A stretch of DNA of 53,692 nt from Candidatus Calditenuaceae archaeon HR02 (GTDB lineage Archaea; Thermoproteota; Nitrososphaeria_A; Caldarchaeales; Calditenuaceae), in NCBI GenBank assembly GCA_002898395.1, contig BEHE01000014.1, positions 1 through 53,692 of the forward strand, in the 5' to 3' direction. A program made the position numbers and the translations under genes. A model generated the notes under the pieces. It did no database searches, was not told the DNA's origin, and was given only the letters and a program-made list of their open reading frames with translations. The stretch's first letter is position 1; every line of letters begins with the position of its first letter. Of the stretch, positions 16,824 to 25,203 are shown one piece after another.

Positions 16824-18107
16824 ATGGAGAAAGGTTTGGTGGGTGGCGAAGACGATGAGAAGGATGCGTTTTCGAGGCTGATGGCGATGCTGGAGAAAGA
16901 CCTTCAACAAGTCGAAGAAAGAGACGCCGAGCTAAGGGCTAGGCTACCGGCGCCGAAGAAGATTGGTAGGAAACGAGCCATCTATCCGCCGCCATACCTA
17001 GGGGCAGCCGCTATACTCTACGAGGCTGGCTACAGCTACAGAGAAGTATCCGAAGCAGTAAATAGACTGCTGGAGCCGAAGCATCGGATAAACGAAGAGA
17101 CGCTAAGGAACAGGCTAGTAGAGGCAGGGGTAAAGCTACGAAGCCAGGCCGAGGCCGTGCGTAGAGCAACGCTCAGAGGCCCTAGGCAGCCGCCCAGGGA
17201 CACGATACAGATGGCTATGGCCGCGGCATTAGCACAAGGAGACGCGGCAGTACGGGTGAAGGGCAAGACAATGGTTGAAATGATACTGAACACACCGTAC
17301 GAAGGTTTCGCAAGAACGGTTGCCAAACTCTTCGAAGGCCATGGAACAATATCCCTAGGAGCACGAAAATACACGGAGGACTACTACGAGTGGCAGCTAA
17401 TAATTAGATTCGATCTCAAAGACTGGCAATTCCTCATAGAGGCCAAAAACTCTATGAGGATACCGGACTTCATCACAACAGATGAAGAGCTACGGGCATA
17501 CCTAGCGATGATGCTGGCATGCGAGGGGTACATAACTTGGAAAGAAAACAACAAGGAGAGAACCAACAATACTACGACGACGTTCTTCGTATCTGTAATT
17601 ACCAACACAAATAAACGACTCATACACGACATCGAAGCAAGGCTTCGAGAGCGTGACTACACTGTTTCACGGATTATTGCAACAAGATCCGGAGAGGTTC
17701 ACATAGACCGTTACGGGCGTGTCTACGAAACACAACAAGACGGGCAACGTCTCCAGTTATATGTTAGGCAAGAAGTCAGAAGATTTCTGGAATGGCTAGG
17801 CAGAATACCGCATCCCACGAAGGAGGCGCAGAGACTAGTCACGTTGCGGCTCCTGCGAGAATATGCTGAACATCCAATAAGGTGGCGACAGATCGAAAAA
17901 CTTAGAGACAGATTACAGTTTGCTCATGAGAAAGCTGCTGAACTCGGAAGGCAACGCGCTAAACACTTCTTTGACTTCGTACAAGCCGAGCTCGAAAAAG
18001 GGAGACGAAGAGATACTAGACCATTGAAGGCCCAAACCGCCTCTCACCACATACAGTGTTACTGTAACAGAATAGAAGGTATGGAGATGGCGTTATGGGT
18101 CTTATGA
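16824..18107 (+). CDS. HTH + two-motif LAGLIDADG-like homing endonuclease/maturase
   Basis: HTH (LYEAGYSYREVSEAV...TLRNRL...GVKLRS), motif 1 AAALAQGDAAV, motif 2 YLAMMLACEGYI, ITNTNKRLI; ATG 16824 follows SD GGAGGTGA (16806-16813). Confidence 0.7.
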   Translation: MEKGLVGGEDDEKDAFSRLMAMLEKDLQQVEERDAELRARLPAPKKIGRKRAIYPPPYLGAAAILYEAGYSYREVSEAVNRLLEPKHRINEETLRNRLVEAGVKLRSQAEAVRRATLRGPRQPPRDTIQMAMAAALAQGDAAVRVKGKTMVEMILNTPYEGFARTVAKLFEGHGTISLGARKYTEDYYEWQLIIRFDLKDWQFLIEAKNSMRIPDFITTDEELRAYLAMMLACEGYITWKENNKERTNNTTTTFFVSVITNTNKRLIHDIEARLRERDYTVSRIIATRSGEVHIDRYGRVYETQQDGQRLQLYVRQEVRRFLEWLGRIPHPTKEAQRLVTLRLLREYAEHPIRWRQIEKLRDRLQFAHEKAAELGRQRAKHFFDFVQAELEKGRRRDTRPLKAQTASHHIQCYCNRIEGMEMALWVL

Positions 18108-18400
18108 AAGAATATGAGGCAGTTAGAGTGGATACAGGCCTACATGGGCAACTTATTTCCCAAATTGTTGTGGTTTGCAGGAATTTGAAAAAGTCTGGTG
18201 AGAGTTTGCTGAGGAACTATTTTAAGCTGGGTAGGCTTGTAGACACTTTACACAACGAAGGCTATTCATATAGAGAGATAGAGCGGGCTCTCAGGAACAA
18301 AGAGGCTAACGACTGGATACCGAGGCACACGACGCTATTCAGAGCGCACAAGTTCTACCTTGCTGTCTTACTGCATGAAAGTTCTAAGAGGAGCTGCTGA
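18095..18400 (+). CDS. Small HTH-like protein resembling a DUF1016/YhcG N-terminal domain (possibly truncated)
   Basis: LLRNYFKLGRLV...GYSYREIERAL...TLFRAHKFYLA; overlaps the LAGLIDADG stop. Confidence 0.45.
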   Translation: MGLMKEYEAVRVDTGLHGQLISQIVVVCRNLKKSGESLLRNYFKLGRLVDTLHNEGYSYREIERALRNKEANDWIPRHTTLFRAHKFYLAVLLHESSKRSC

Positions 18401-18722
18401 GGGTACCTTAGTAGCATGTCTCGAATGCGGCTTTCCAAACAATGTCTAGTTACAGATTGTAGAACACTATCCCACTGCAACACAAAACTGTGCGGCGTTA
18501 CGGCGTTAACCTAGAAACTCTTGTAAGATAACTTGGAGTATTGCATCCTTACAACTGATAAATTAAAGGTTGTGTCTAATAATCTGGCGGCGAGTATCGG
18601 AGATAGTTTACATAGATCGTGGGACAGGAATTCTGAGAAAGAGTATACTCGCAAGGCTGGATGATTGGTCGATATGCAGGTATACTCACACCATATTGTC
18701 TAAAAACCCAGCGCCGCAATAA

Positions 18723-19514
18723 GTGGTGGAACTGTATGTGGAGCGATCTACTTTTGATGACCGATTGTTCAGAATGCACTTTTCGGGAAAACCTTGGTCC
18801 GGTTCGTGCCCCTCACGTTTTAATACATCCTGTGAACAGATTGTCCTTTGGATGAAGTATAGTGTTCAGACAGGCCCACATGGCGCCTATATTCAGACTT
18901 ACGCTTCATTTCTCGAAAACGTTGTGGAGGGTTTCAGGGTTGGGAAGCCATCTCTTCTACTTGTAAAGGCGGTGAATGAGAAGGGAGTTGAACATCGTTA
19001 TTACTCCCACTATGGAGGGGGCACAGGTAAGCTGAACATCGCCGTCCCCACGTGGTTAGCAGGCAAAGGAGAGAAGATACAGGTTTTCTTCAAAGTGGTC
19101 AGGGACGCGGAATTCATACAATCAGTTCCAGAGATTGTGGTTGACGGTGGTGAGAACCAGCCCCCGCTGGTTATAGAGAAGCTTACATTAGACGAGGACG
19201 TTTTGAAGCTCATGGTCAAGCAGGGCCCGGTTTCCCGCCTGTTGGAGGCATGCAACCCAGTCATTGGGTTTGATCCAAGGGGTGTGGAGATAACGGAAGG
19301 TAGATACGCAGGAGCACCCTATGTCCAGTTCACGTTAGGCGACAAAACCCTACGAATATACCATAACCATGGAAAAACCAGGGTAGCGTTAGGAAGCGGC
19401 AGAAACTACTACACAGTAAAAAGCATGGAGATAACAGACACACACATCAAAACTGTCATACAGAAGAAGGAAGAAAAAGTTAGGAATGTCTCTTCCCAGA
19501 TTCCCTTGGACTGA
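18723..19514 (+). CDS. Hypothetical protein (beta-rich)
   Basis: 263-aa ORF; real start probably the internal MKYSVQ ATG near 18852. Confidence 0.6.
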   Translation: MVELYVERSTFDDRLFRMHFSGKPWSGSCPSRFNTSCEQIVLWMKYSVQTGPHGAYIQTYASFLENVVEGFRVGKPSLLLVKAVNEKGVEHRYYSHYGGGTGKLNIAVPTWLAGKGEKIQVFFKVVRDAEFIQSVPEIVVDGGENQPPLVIEKLTLDEDVLKLMVKQGPVSRLLEACNPVIGFDPRGVEITEGRYAGAPYVQFTLGDKTLRIYHNHGKTRVALGSGRNYYTVKSMEITDTHIKTVIQKKEEKVRNVSSQIPLD

Positions 19515-19526
19515 GAAAACGGGTGT

Positions 19527-21230
19527 TTAGTGGCTGCAGCCGCAACCTGACCCGTGGTTTTCTACTTTGCCGAAGCCGCCCTGAATGACGGGGACATTCT
19601 TAACGCCCCCGAACCCCGCCGTCTTCGTAGAAGCAGTAGGCACAGACGCCTGCCCTGTCGGCAACTTACGTTTATAGAAGTCGTCAGACAACCTCCTCCC
19701 CGTCCTCCTCTCCCACTCCTCAATAGACACACCATAAACCGCCTGAATCCTATCCCTATACCAAGCCGGCACCACGTTAAATGAGCAGAAGGGCACGATA
19801 CGCATATCGGGCGTTAAATAGTGGATGTCGCATCTTCTTAATCGTTCCTCATCGTGGTTATAGGGGTCCATAAAGTGCATCATGCCTAGGAAGAGTGATT
19901 TGCGGTGCCATTCGCCTACGCTTTTGTAGTCGTGTCGTACTATGATGTCGAAGAGCATTCGGGAGAGGTTCATTCCTTCGGGTTCTTTTTCTTTTCTGAT
20001 GAATTTGGAGATGTTGGCGAGTACTTTTATTCCGACCCAGACTCTGCTTCTCCCCATCTCTATTTCCTCGGCCTTGTCTCTTAGATAGTTGATGAGTCCT
20101 TCGACGTCGACGAACTCTGTTATGGGGATCATTCTGTCACCGCTTTTGAAGACGTAGGTGCCTGCGCCGCAGGCGAAGTGTATGCTGAGCTCGTATTTGG
20201 GAGTCCTGGTCAGGGCTTCTATGAAGTTTGTGAGGGGTGTGCAGGCGGGTACGGGGAACCATGCGTCGCGGGGGATTTCGCCGTTGGTCTGCTCTTCGAT
20301 CCTGATTATGCAGTCGGGGATTGTGATCCTGTACTTCTCCCTCTCCTTCTTAGGCATCCTACCCGTGAGGGAGACTGGCTGGAAGTTGACTGCCCTCACG
20401 ACATCAATGTTCTTGAATCCGAATCTGATTATGTCTCCGAGCTCGTGGTCGTTTACACTCTTGATGACTGTGGGGACTAGGACTATGCCGACGCCGAGCT
20501 TCCTGGCGTTTTCGAGGACTCCAGGGACCTCCCAGTGATTCTTTGGATTGGTTCTGGGTGTGACGCCGTCGAAGCTCATGTAGAGGTTGCTTACTCCGGC
20601 TTCCTTTATTTTCTTGAAGTATTCGAAGTCTCTGGAGAGTCTTATTCCATTCGTGTTTAGCTGGATATGGTCTACGCCCACTTCTTTTAGGATTCTTATT
20701 ATCTCGGGGAGGTCGTCTCTGAGTGTTGGTTCTCCGCCTGTTATCTGGATGCTGTTGCCGGGGACGGGCCTCTCAGCCCTTAGATTTAGGGCCATTTCTC
20801 TTATCTGGTCGAGTGTAGGCTCGTAGATGTACCCGGCCTTCTCCGCGTAGAAGAAGCAGTACCAGCAGTGTAGGTCGCACCTGTTTGTTATGACGAGGTT
20901 TGCCAGTCCTGTGTGGCTTAGGTGTGAGCTGCATAGTCCGCAGTTGTAGGGGCAGACGCTGCGGGCTGTCTCTACATCGGGGTTCCCTGTGCCCTTCCCA
21001 TCCTTAAGCCACCTCGCAAACCGGTAATAGATCTCGGCGTCGCCGAAGTATAACTCGTCGAATTCCCCGTGCTTGGGGCAGGTCTTTTTGATGTATATTT
21101 TGCCATTGATCTCTAGGACTTCTGCGGGGAGGACTTGGTAGCACTCTGGGCAGATGCTCCTGGTCCTAGTGACTAGCTTCTCCCCCGGTTTTGACTCCTC
21201 TTTTGGCCTTTCCTGGACTAGTGTTGCCAT
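19527..21230 (-). CDS. tes: Tetraether lipid synthase (GDGT-MAS, radical SAM)
   Basis: N-terminal CPEC...CPKH, CPYNCGLC..H, NRCDLHCWYCFF, QITGGEPTLR, VNFQPVS, HFACG, RCDIHY..PD.RIVPFC. Confidence 0.88.
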   Translation of the reverse strand: MATLVQERPKEESKPGEKLVTRTRSICPECYQVLPAEVLEINGKIYIKKTCPKHGEFDELYFGDAEIYYRFARWLKDGKGTGNPDVETARSVCPYNCGLCSSHLSHTGLANLVITNRCDLHCWYCFFYAEKAGYIYEPTLDQIREMALNLRAERPVPGNSIQITGGEPTLRDDLPEIIRILKEVGVDHIQLNTNGIRLSRDFEYFKKIKEAGVSNLYMSFDGVTPRTNPKNHWEVPGVLENARKLGVGIVLVPTVIKSVNDHELGDIIRFGFKNIDVVRAVNFQPVSLTGRMPKKEREKYRITIPDCIIRIEEQTNGEIPRDAWFPVPACTPLTNFIEALTRTPKYELSIHFACGAGTYVFKSGDRMIPITEFVDVEGLINYLRDKAEEIEMGRSRVWVGIKVLANISKFIRKEKEPEGMNLSRMLFDIIVRHDYKSVGEWHRKSLFLGMMHFMDPYNHDEERLRRCDIHYLTPDMRIVPFCSFNVVPAWYRDRIQAVYGVSIEEWERRTGRRLSDDFYKRKLPTGQASVPTASTKTAGFGGVKNVPVIQGGFGKVENHGSGCGCSH

Positions 21231-21392
21231 CTATCTTCAAATGCCTTCGAATGGCTTGCATATTTAAGACTTATCCGACCAAATTCACTGTGACAATGGT
21301 AGAATTGTGCTCAGAATAGTTTAGTTTAAAAAATCATAAATACAGGCATTAGGGAGAAGATATCAGGGGGTTTAAAAAGGGGTCTGGGGAAG

Positions 21393-21764
21393 ATGCTGCT
21401 CCCATCCGAGATAGAGGCGAGAGTCATGCTCCCACTACTGAGGGCCGCAGTAGTGACCCTCCTTGTCAGGGATCACGGCTTTCAGCAGAGGCGGGTGGCC
21501 CGGGCCCTCGGAATAACCCAGCCCGCCGTAAGCAACTACCTGAGGATGGCGCGCGGAAAGATGCGGGAGCTGTTAGAGAACATGACTATGCAGGAGGTTG
21601 CCGGGGAGATTGTCCACGCAATTCTGCGTGGTGAAAACGACATGATTGTGAGGGAGCTTATCCAGAGGGGGCTTGAAAGGCTTAGGAGGGAGAGGGTCCT
21701 CTGCCTCGCCCATAAAACCCTCGAACCCTTACTAGACGTCGATTCTTGCCACATCTGCGATTGA
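21393..21764 (+). CDS. HTH transcriptional regulator (COG2522-like)
   Basis: MLLPSEIE...LPLLRA, QRRVARALGITQPAVSNYL..ARG, LC..H...CHIC. Confidence 0.85.
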   Translation: MLLPSEIEARVMLPLLRAAVVTLLVRDHGFQQRRVARALGITQPAVSNYLRMARGKMRELLENMTMQEVAGEIVHAILRGENDMIVRELIQRGLERLRRERVLCLAHKTLEPLLDVDSCHICD

Positions 21765-21800
21765 AACGCTTAAAAGCATCTGAGACAGCCTCTATAGAAC

Positions 21801-22304
21801 GTGAAGGCTTTCATCCTAGGGTCGGTCGGTAAGAGGAGCGAGCTTATAGAGTGTCTCCACGCTACTAGGAGGACCCAGTTCGTGGAGGAGGCATACCTCA
21901 TCTTCGGGACTGCCGACGTCATTGCTAAGGTAAAGGTAAACAATCTAGAGCAGTTAAACTCGGTTCTCGACACACTCTATCAGAACGGAATAGTCGACAC
22001 GAACACTCTAATCGTAAACGAGGGGGGGCTGAACTTCGAGAGGCAGCTCGACAAGCCCAAGAAGAAGTGCGCCTACACATTTATCAAGATTAGGCGGCCG
22101 GCGGCGCCCAGGCTTTGGGATAGGTTTCTACAGGGCATCGAGTATGTTACAGAGGCGTATGAGATTTTCGGCATATACGATGTGATTGTGGGTGTGAGCG
22201 AGGATGCTCGAGGCGATTTCTTCAACTCCTATTTCAGGAAGTTGTGGCTTCTCACGGAGATTAACATGAACTCAACAACGACTATGTTTACTGTAGATAT
22301 CTAG
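21801..22304 (+). CDS. Tandem Lrp/AsnC ligand-binding (RAM) domain protein
   Basis: Two copies of EAY.IFG..DVI; no HTH. Confidence 0.75.
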   Translation: MKAFILGSVGKRSELIECLHATRRTQFVEEAYLIFGTADVIAKVKVNNLEQLNSVLDTLYQNGIVDTNTLIVNEGGLNFERQLDKPKKKCAYTFIKIRRPAAPRLWDRFLQGIEYVTEAYEIFGIYDVIVGVSEDARGDFFNSYFRKLWLLTEINMNSTTTMFTVDI

Positions 22305-23545
22305 GCTTTGAAGTATTCCAAGGCCTGTTTTAAGCCATCAGCTAGAAGCTGGACCTCCTCCTTCGTGTTGTAGATATAGAAGCTGGCCCGCGTTGTTGCT
22401 ACTAGGCCTAGCTTTGTGTGGAGTGGCATTGCGCAGTGGTGCCCTGCTCTGACAGCTATATTGAACTCCCTGTCCAAGTACTCTGCCAGGTCGTGTGGGT
22501 GGATATCGCTGAGCAGAAAAGAGACGAGGCCGCAGCGGTCCTTTACAGACTCTGGCCCTATAACTCTGAGCCTGGGAATCTCAGAGAACTCTTGTAGAGC
22601 TGTCCTGGTTAGCTCCTCTTCATGCCTCCTAACCCACTGGAGACCTATTTCCTGGAGATATTCAACGGCTGCTCCAAGACCTACTACGTCGCCTACGCTT
22701 GGTGTGCCTGCCTCGAATTTCCAAGGTATCTCGTTCCACCTTGAGCCGCTCAAGGTCACCTCGCTGATCATCTCACCGCCCCCCATGAAGGGCTCCATAG
22801 ACTCGAGAATCTCTTCACGCGCAATGAGACAGCCAACGCCCATGGGCCCCAGCATTTTATGGCCTGAGAAGGCCAGAAAGTCGCATCCAATCTGTTTGAA
22901 GCTGACGGGCATGTGCGGGACACTCTGGGCCGCATCAACCAGCACCGTTACGCCGTACTCCTTCGCAGTCTTCGTAATCTCTTTAACTGGGTTTATTGTT
23001 CCCAGTACGTTTGATGCATGGACTATGGCAAGCATATCAGCATCTCTCAGAGAGTTGTCGAGTGAGCTTAGGTCGAGGTAGCCATCCATCGTGATGGGTA
23101 TCGCCTCAATTCTGAGACCCTTGATTCCTGCGACGAGCTGCCACGGCACTATGTTGCTGTGATGCTCCATCTCTGTGATTACTATCTTGCCGCCTCTCTT
23201 GATCTTGTGGAGGGCGTACGAGTAGGCGACTAGGTTTATCGCTTCTGTGGTATTTCTAGTGAAGACGACCTCGCGCCAGCTATTCGCATCCACGAAGTTT
23301 GCTACCTTCCTTCTGACACCCTCATAGAGCTCGGTCGCCTCTATCGAGATTCCGTACACACCTCTGTGGACATTTGCATTGGTATTGGAATAGTAAAGCA
23401 CAATGGCGTTTAACACTTTCCTAGGCTTCTGCGTCGTGGCCGCATTGTCCAGATAGACTAGGGGTCTGGGGCCCCTCATTCTGGAGAAAATGGGGAAGTC
23501 TTCCCTAATCCTATAGGGCGACCTAGATGCGGCCTCCATGCTCAA
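22301..23545 (-). CDS. sufS: Cysteine desulfurase, SufS family
   Basis: YLDNAATTQKP, EMEHHSN, FSGHKMLGP, RAGHHCA. Confidence 0.95.
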   Translation of the reverse strand: MSMEAASRSPYRIREDFPIFSRMRGPRPLVYLDNAATTQKPRKVLNAIVLYYSNTNANVHRGVYGISIEATELYEGVRRKVANFVDANSWREVVFTRNTTEAINLVAYSYALHKIKRGGKIVITEMEHHSNIVPWQLVAGIKGLRIEAIPITMDGYLDLSSLDNSLRDADMLAIVHASNVLGTINPVKEITKTAKEYGVTVLVDAAQSVPHMPVSFKQIGCDFLAFSGHKMLGPMGVGCLIAREEILESMEPFMGGGEMISEVTLSGSRWNEIPWKFEAGTPSVGDVVGLGAAVEYLQEIGLQWVRRHEEELTRTALQEFSEIPRLRVIGPESVKDRCGLVSFLLSDIHPHDLAEYLDREFNIAVRAGHHCAMPLHTKLGLVATTRASFYIYNTKEEVQLLADGLKQALEYFKA

Positions 23546-23645
23546 ACTATGAAGCCAATATAGCTAGGATTGATATAAGTCTGCGCATACCTCTCCAAAC
23601 CGGCTAACGGTTATATCCACCTACTACCCGTGGTAGATACGTGCC

Positions 23646-24038
23646 TTGAGGTTTAAGGAGAGCGAGGTCCGCTTTCTCCAGAGGAATGAGCTATGCCGCC
23701 TAGCTACACTGGACAGTGATGGTTCGCCGCACCTAGTGCCCGTATGCTACATTTTCAGGGACGGGTTCTTCTACATTGTCTCAGACCTCGACACTGCTAA
23801 GGTTAAAAACATTAGACATGACAAGCGAGTTGCAGTCTTGGTCGACCAGTATCAGCCAAACAGGGCGGTCCTCATCCGCGGCGAGGCTGAGATTCTTACG
23901 CATGGTGAAGAGTTTAAAAAGATATCTGAAGACTTCTACAAGAAATTTGCCTGGGCGAGGCGCGACCCGTGGGATGAGGGAGAAGTTGCTCTGATAAGGG
24001 TGAGGCCTCTCAAGAAGGTTAGCTGGGGTCTGAAATAG
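23646..24038 (+). CDS. Pyridoxamine 5'-phosphate oxidase-like flavin/F420-binding protein
   Basis: RLATLDSDGSPHLVPV, KVKNIRHDKRVAVLVD. Confidence 0.85.
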   Translation: MRFKESEVRFLQRNELCRLATLDSDGSPHLVPVCYIFRDGFFYIVSDLDTAKVKNIRHDKRVAVLVDQYQPNRAVLIRGEAEILTHGEEFKKISEDFYKKFAWARRDPWDEGEVALIRVRPLKKVSWGLK

Positions 24039-24049
24039 CACGCCGGAGG

Positions 24050-24622
24050 TTGAGCCCCTTGAAGACCACCCGTAGAATCTCCTACATAATAGCTATCTCT
24101 GCCATCACTCTTATATCTTCACTCTATGTCTGGTTTCCATTCCTCGGAACCCGGGCCGCACCTATGCAACACTTCGGGAACGTTTTGGCCGGCGTGATGG
24201 TTGGACCGCTCTGGGGGCTAGCCGTGCCACTAATTGTAGGCTCTCTGAGGATAGGTCTGGGCGTGGGCACACTCTTCGCATATCCGGGAGGGCTTCCCGG
24301 CGTCGTTTTGGTAGGCCTCGTCCACAAACTGACTAGGAGGTTTACGAGCCCTAGGGCGAGGTTTCTCTGCGCATTTGCCGAACCCATCGGAACAATCCTG
24401 ATAGGCGGCACAGTCTCCCTGCTGGTGCTCTCACCCTTTCTCCCACAATTCTTCCCCCTCTCTCCAGGAATCACAGCGCTACTCGCGCGCAACGAGTACA
24501 CGCTCGCCCTACTTATCTTCTGGTCTGGATGGGCCGCTAGCTCCGTGCCCGGCTCAGTTGCAGGCTATCTAGTCCTACTCGTGCTTAACAAGGTGATGCC
24601 CCAGATATTCGAGCAGGCGTAG
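24050..24622 (+). CDS. thiW: ECF thiazole transporter S-component ThiW
   Basis: PMQHFGNVLAGVMVGP, LRIGLGVGTLFAYPG, EPIGT, SSVPGS; upstream of thiDN. Confidence 0.85.
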   Translation: MSPLKTTRRISYIIAISAITLISSLYVWFPFLGTRAAPMQHFGNVLAGVMVGPLWGLAVPLIVGSLRIGLGVGTLFAYPGGLPGVVLVGLVHKLTRRFTSPRARFLCAFAEPIGTILIGGTVSLLVLSPFLPQFFPLSPGITALLARNEYTLALLIFWSGWAASSVPGSVAGYLVLLVLNKVMPQIFEQA

Positions 24623-24636
24623 TATACTTCGGCACA

Positions 24637-25188
24637 ATGCTGACCCCTCAGGTACTTGCTAATAGCCGGACCGCAGTGCTGGGCGAGGTTAGGACTGGAA
24701 AGACCAGGCTACTGTACAGGTTCGTATGGATGCTTACAGAGGCTGGCTTCGGTGGCGAGATAACGGTTATCGACATGGCCCCGGGCCTCTCGTGGGGCGT
24801 TGGGGGTAAGCTGGTGGAGGTGGGAGAGCTGCCAGTCGGATTAAGATATCTGACTAGTTGGGAGATAATGCCCCCGAGGCTAATCGGCAGAGATGCCGAG
24901 GATGTAAAGAGGCTGGCTAAGAAAAACGAGGAGGCGATAAGGCCATTATTAGAGGAGTATAGCAAGAGGCCCACGTCAATCCTAGCGATAAATGATGCAA
25001 CCATCTACATACATAGGGGAGAGCCGGGACAACTATTCTCTACCATGTCCCTCGCTAGGGCATGGTTGGTCACAGCATACTATGGCTCCAGGCTCGCAGA
25101 TGATAAGGGTACGGGCATATCAGTGAGGGAGAAGAGTTTTGTCGAACAGCTGTTACAGGTATCTGACATAGTTATAAGAATGGGGTAG
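24637..25188 (+). CDS. Hypothetical P-loop NTPase-like protein
   Basis: Walker A-like GEVRTGKT; ILAINDATIY. Confidence 0.65.
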   Translation: MLTPQVLANSRTAVLGEVRTGKTRLLYRFVWMLTEAGFGGEITVIDMAPGLSWGVGGKLVEVGELPVGLRYLTSWEIMPPRLIGRDAEDVKRLAKKNEEAIRPLLEEYSKRPTSILAINDATIYIHRGEPGQLFSTMSLARAWLVTAYYGSRLADDKGTGISVREKSFVEQLLQVSDIVIRMG

Positions 25189-25203
25189 AGTGTCTTAGAT
25201 AGA

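Noticed and set aside
18576-18855. Cys-containing short ORFs (64-67 aa) in the island
   Set aside because: Mutually overlapping, no recognisable family or clear start; cannot be supported
14545-19526. Calling the island a provirus or integrated plasmid
   Set aside because: No integrase, capsid, packaging ATPase, Rep, tRNA target or att direct repeats seen
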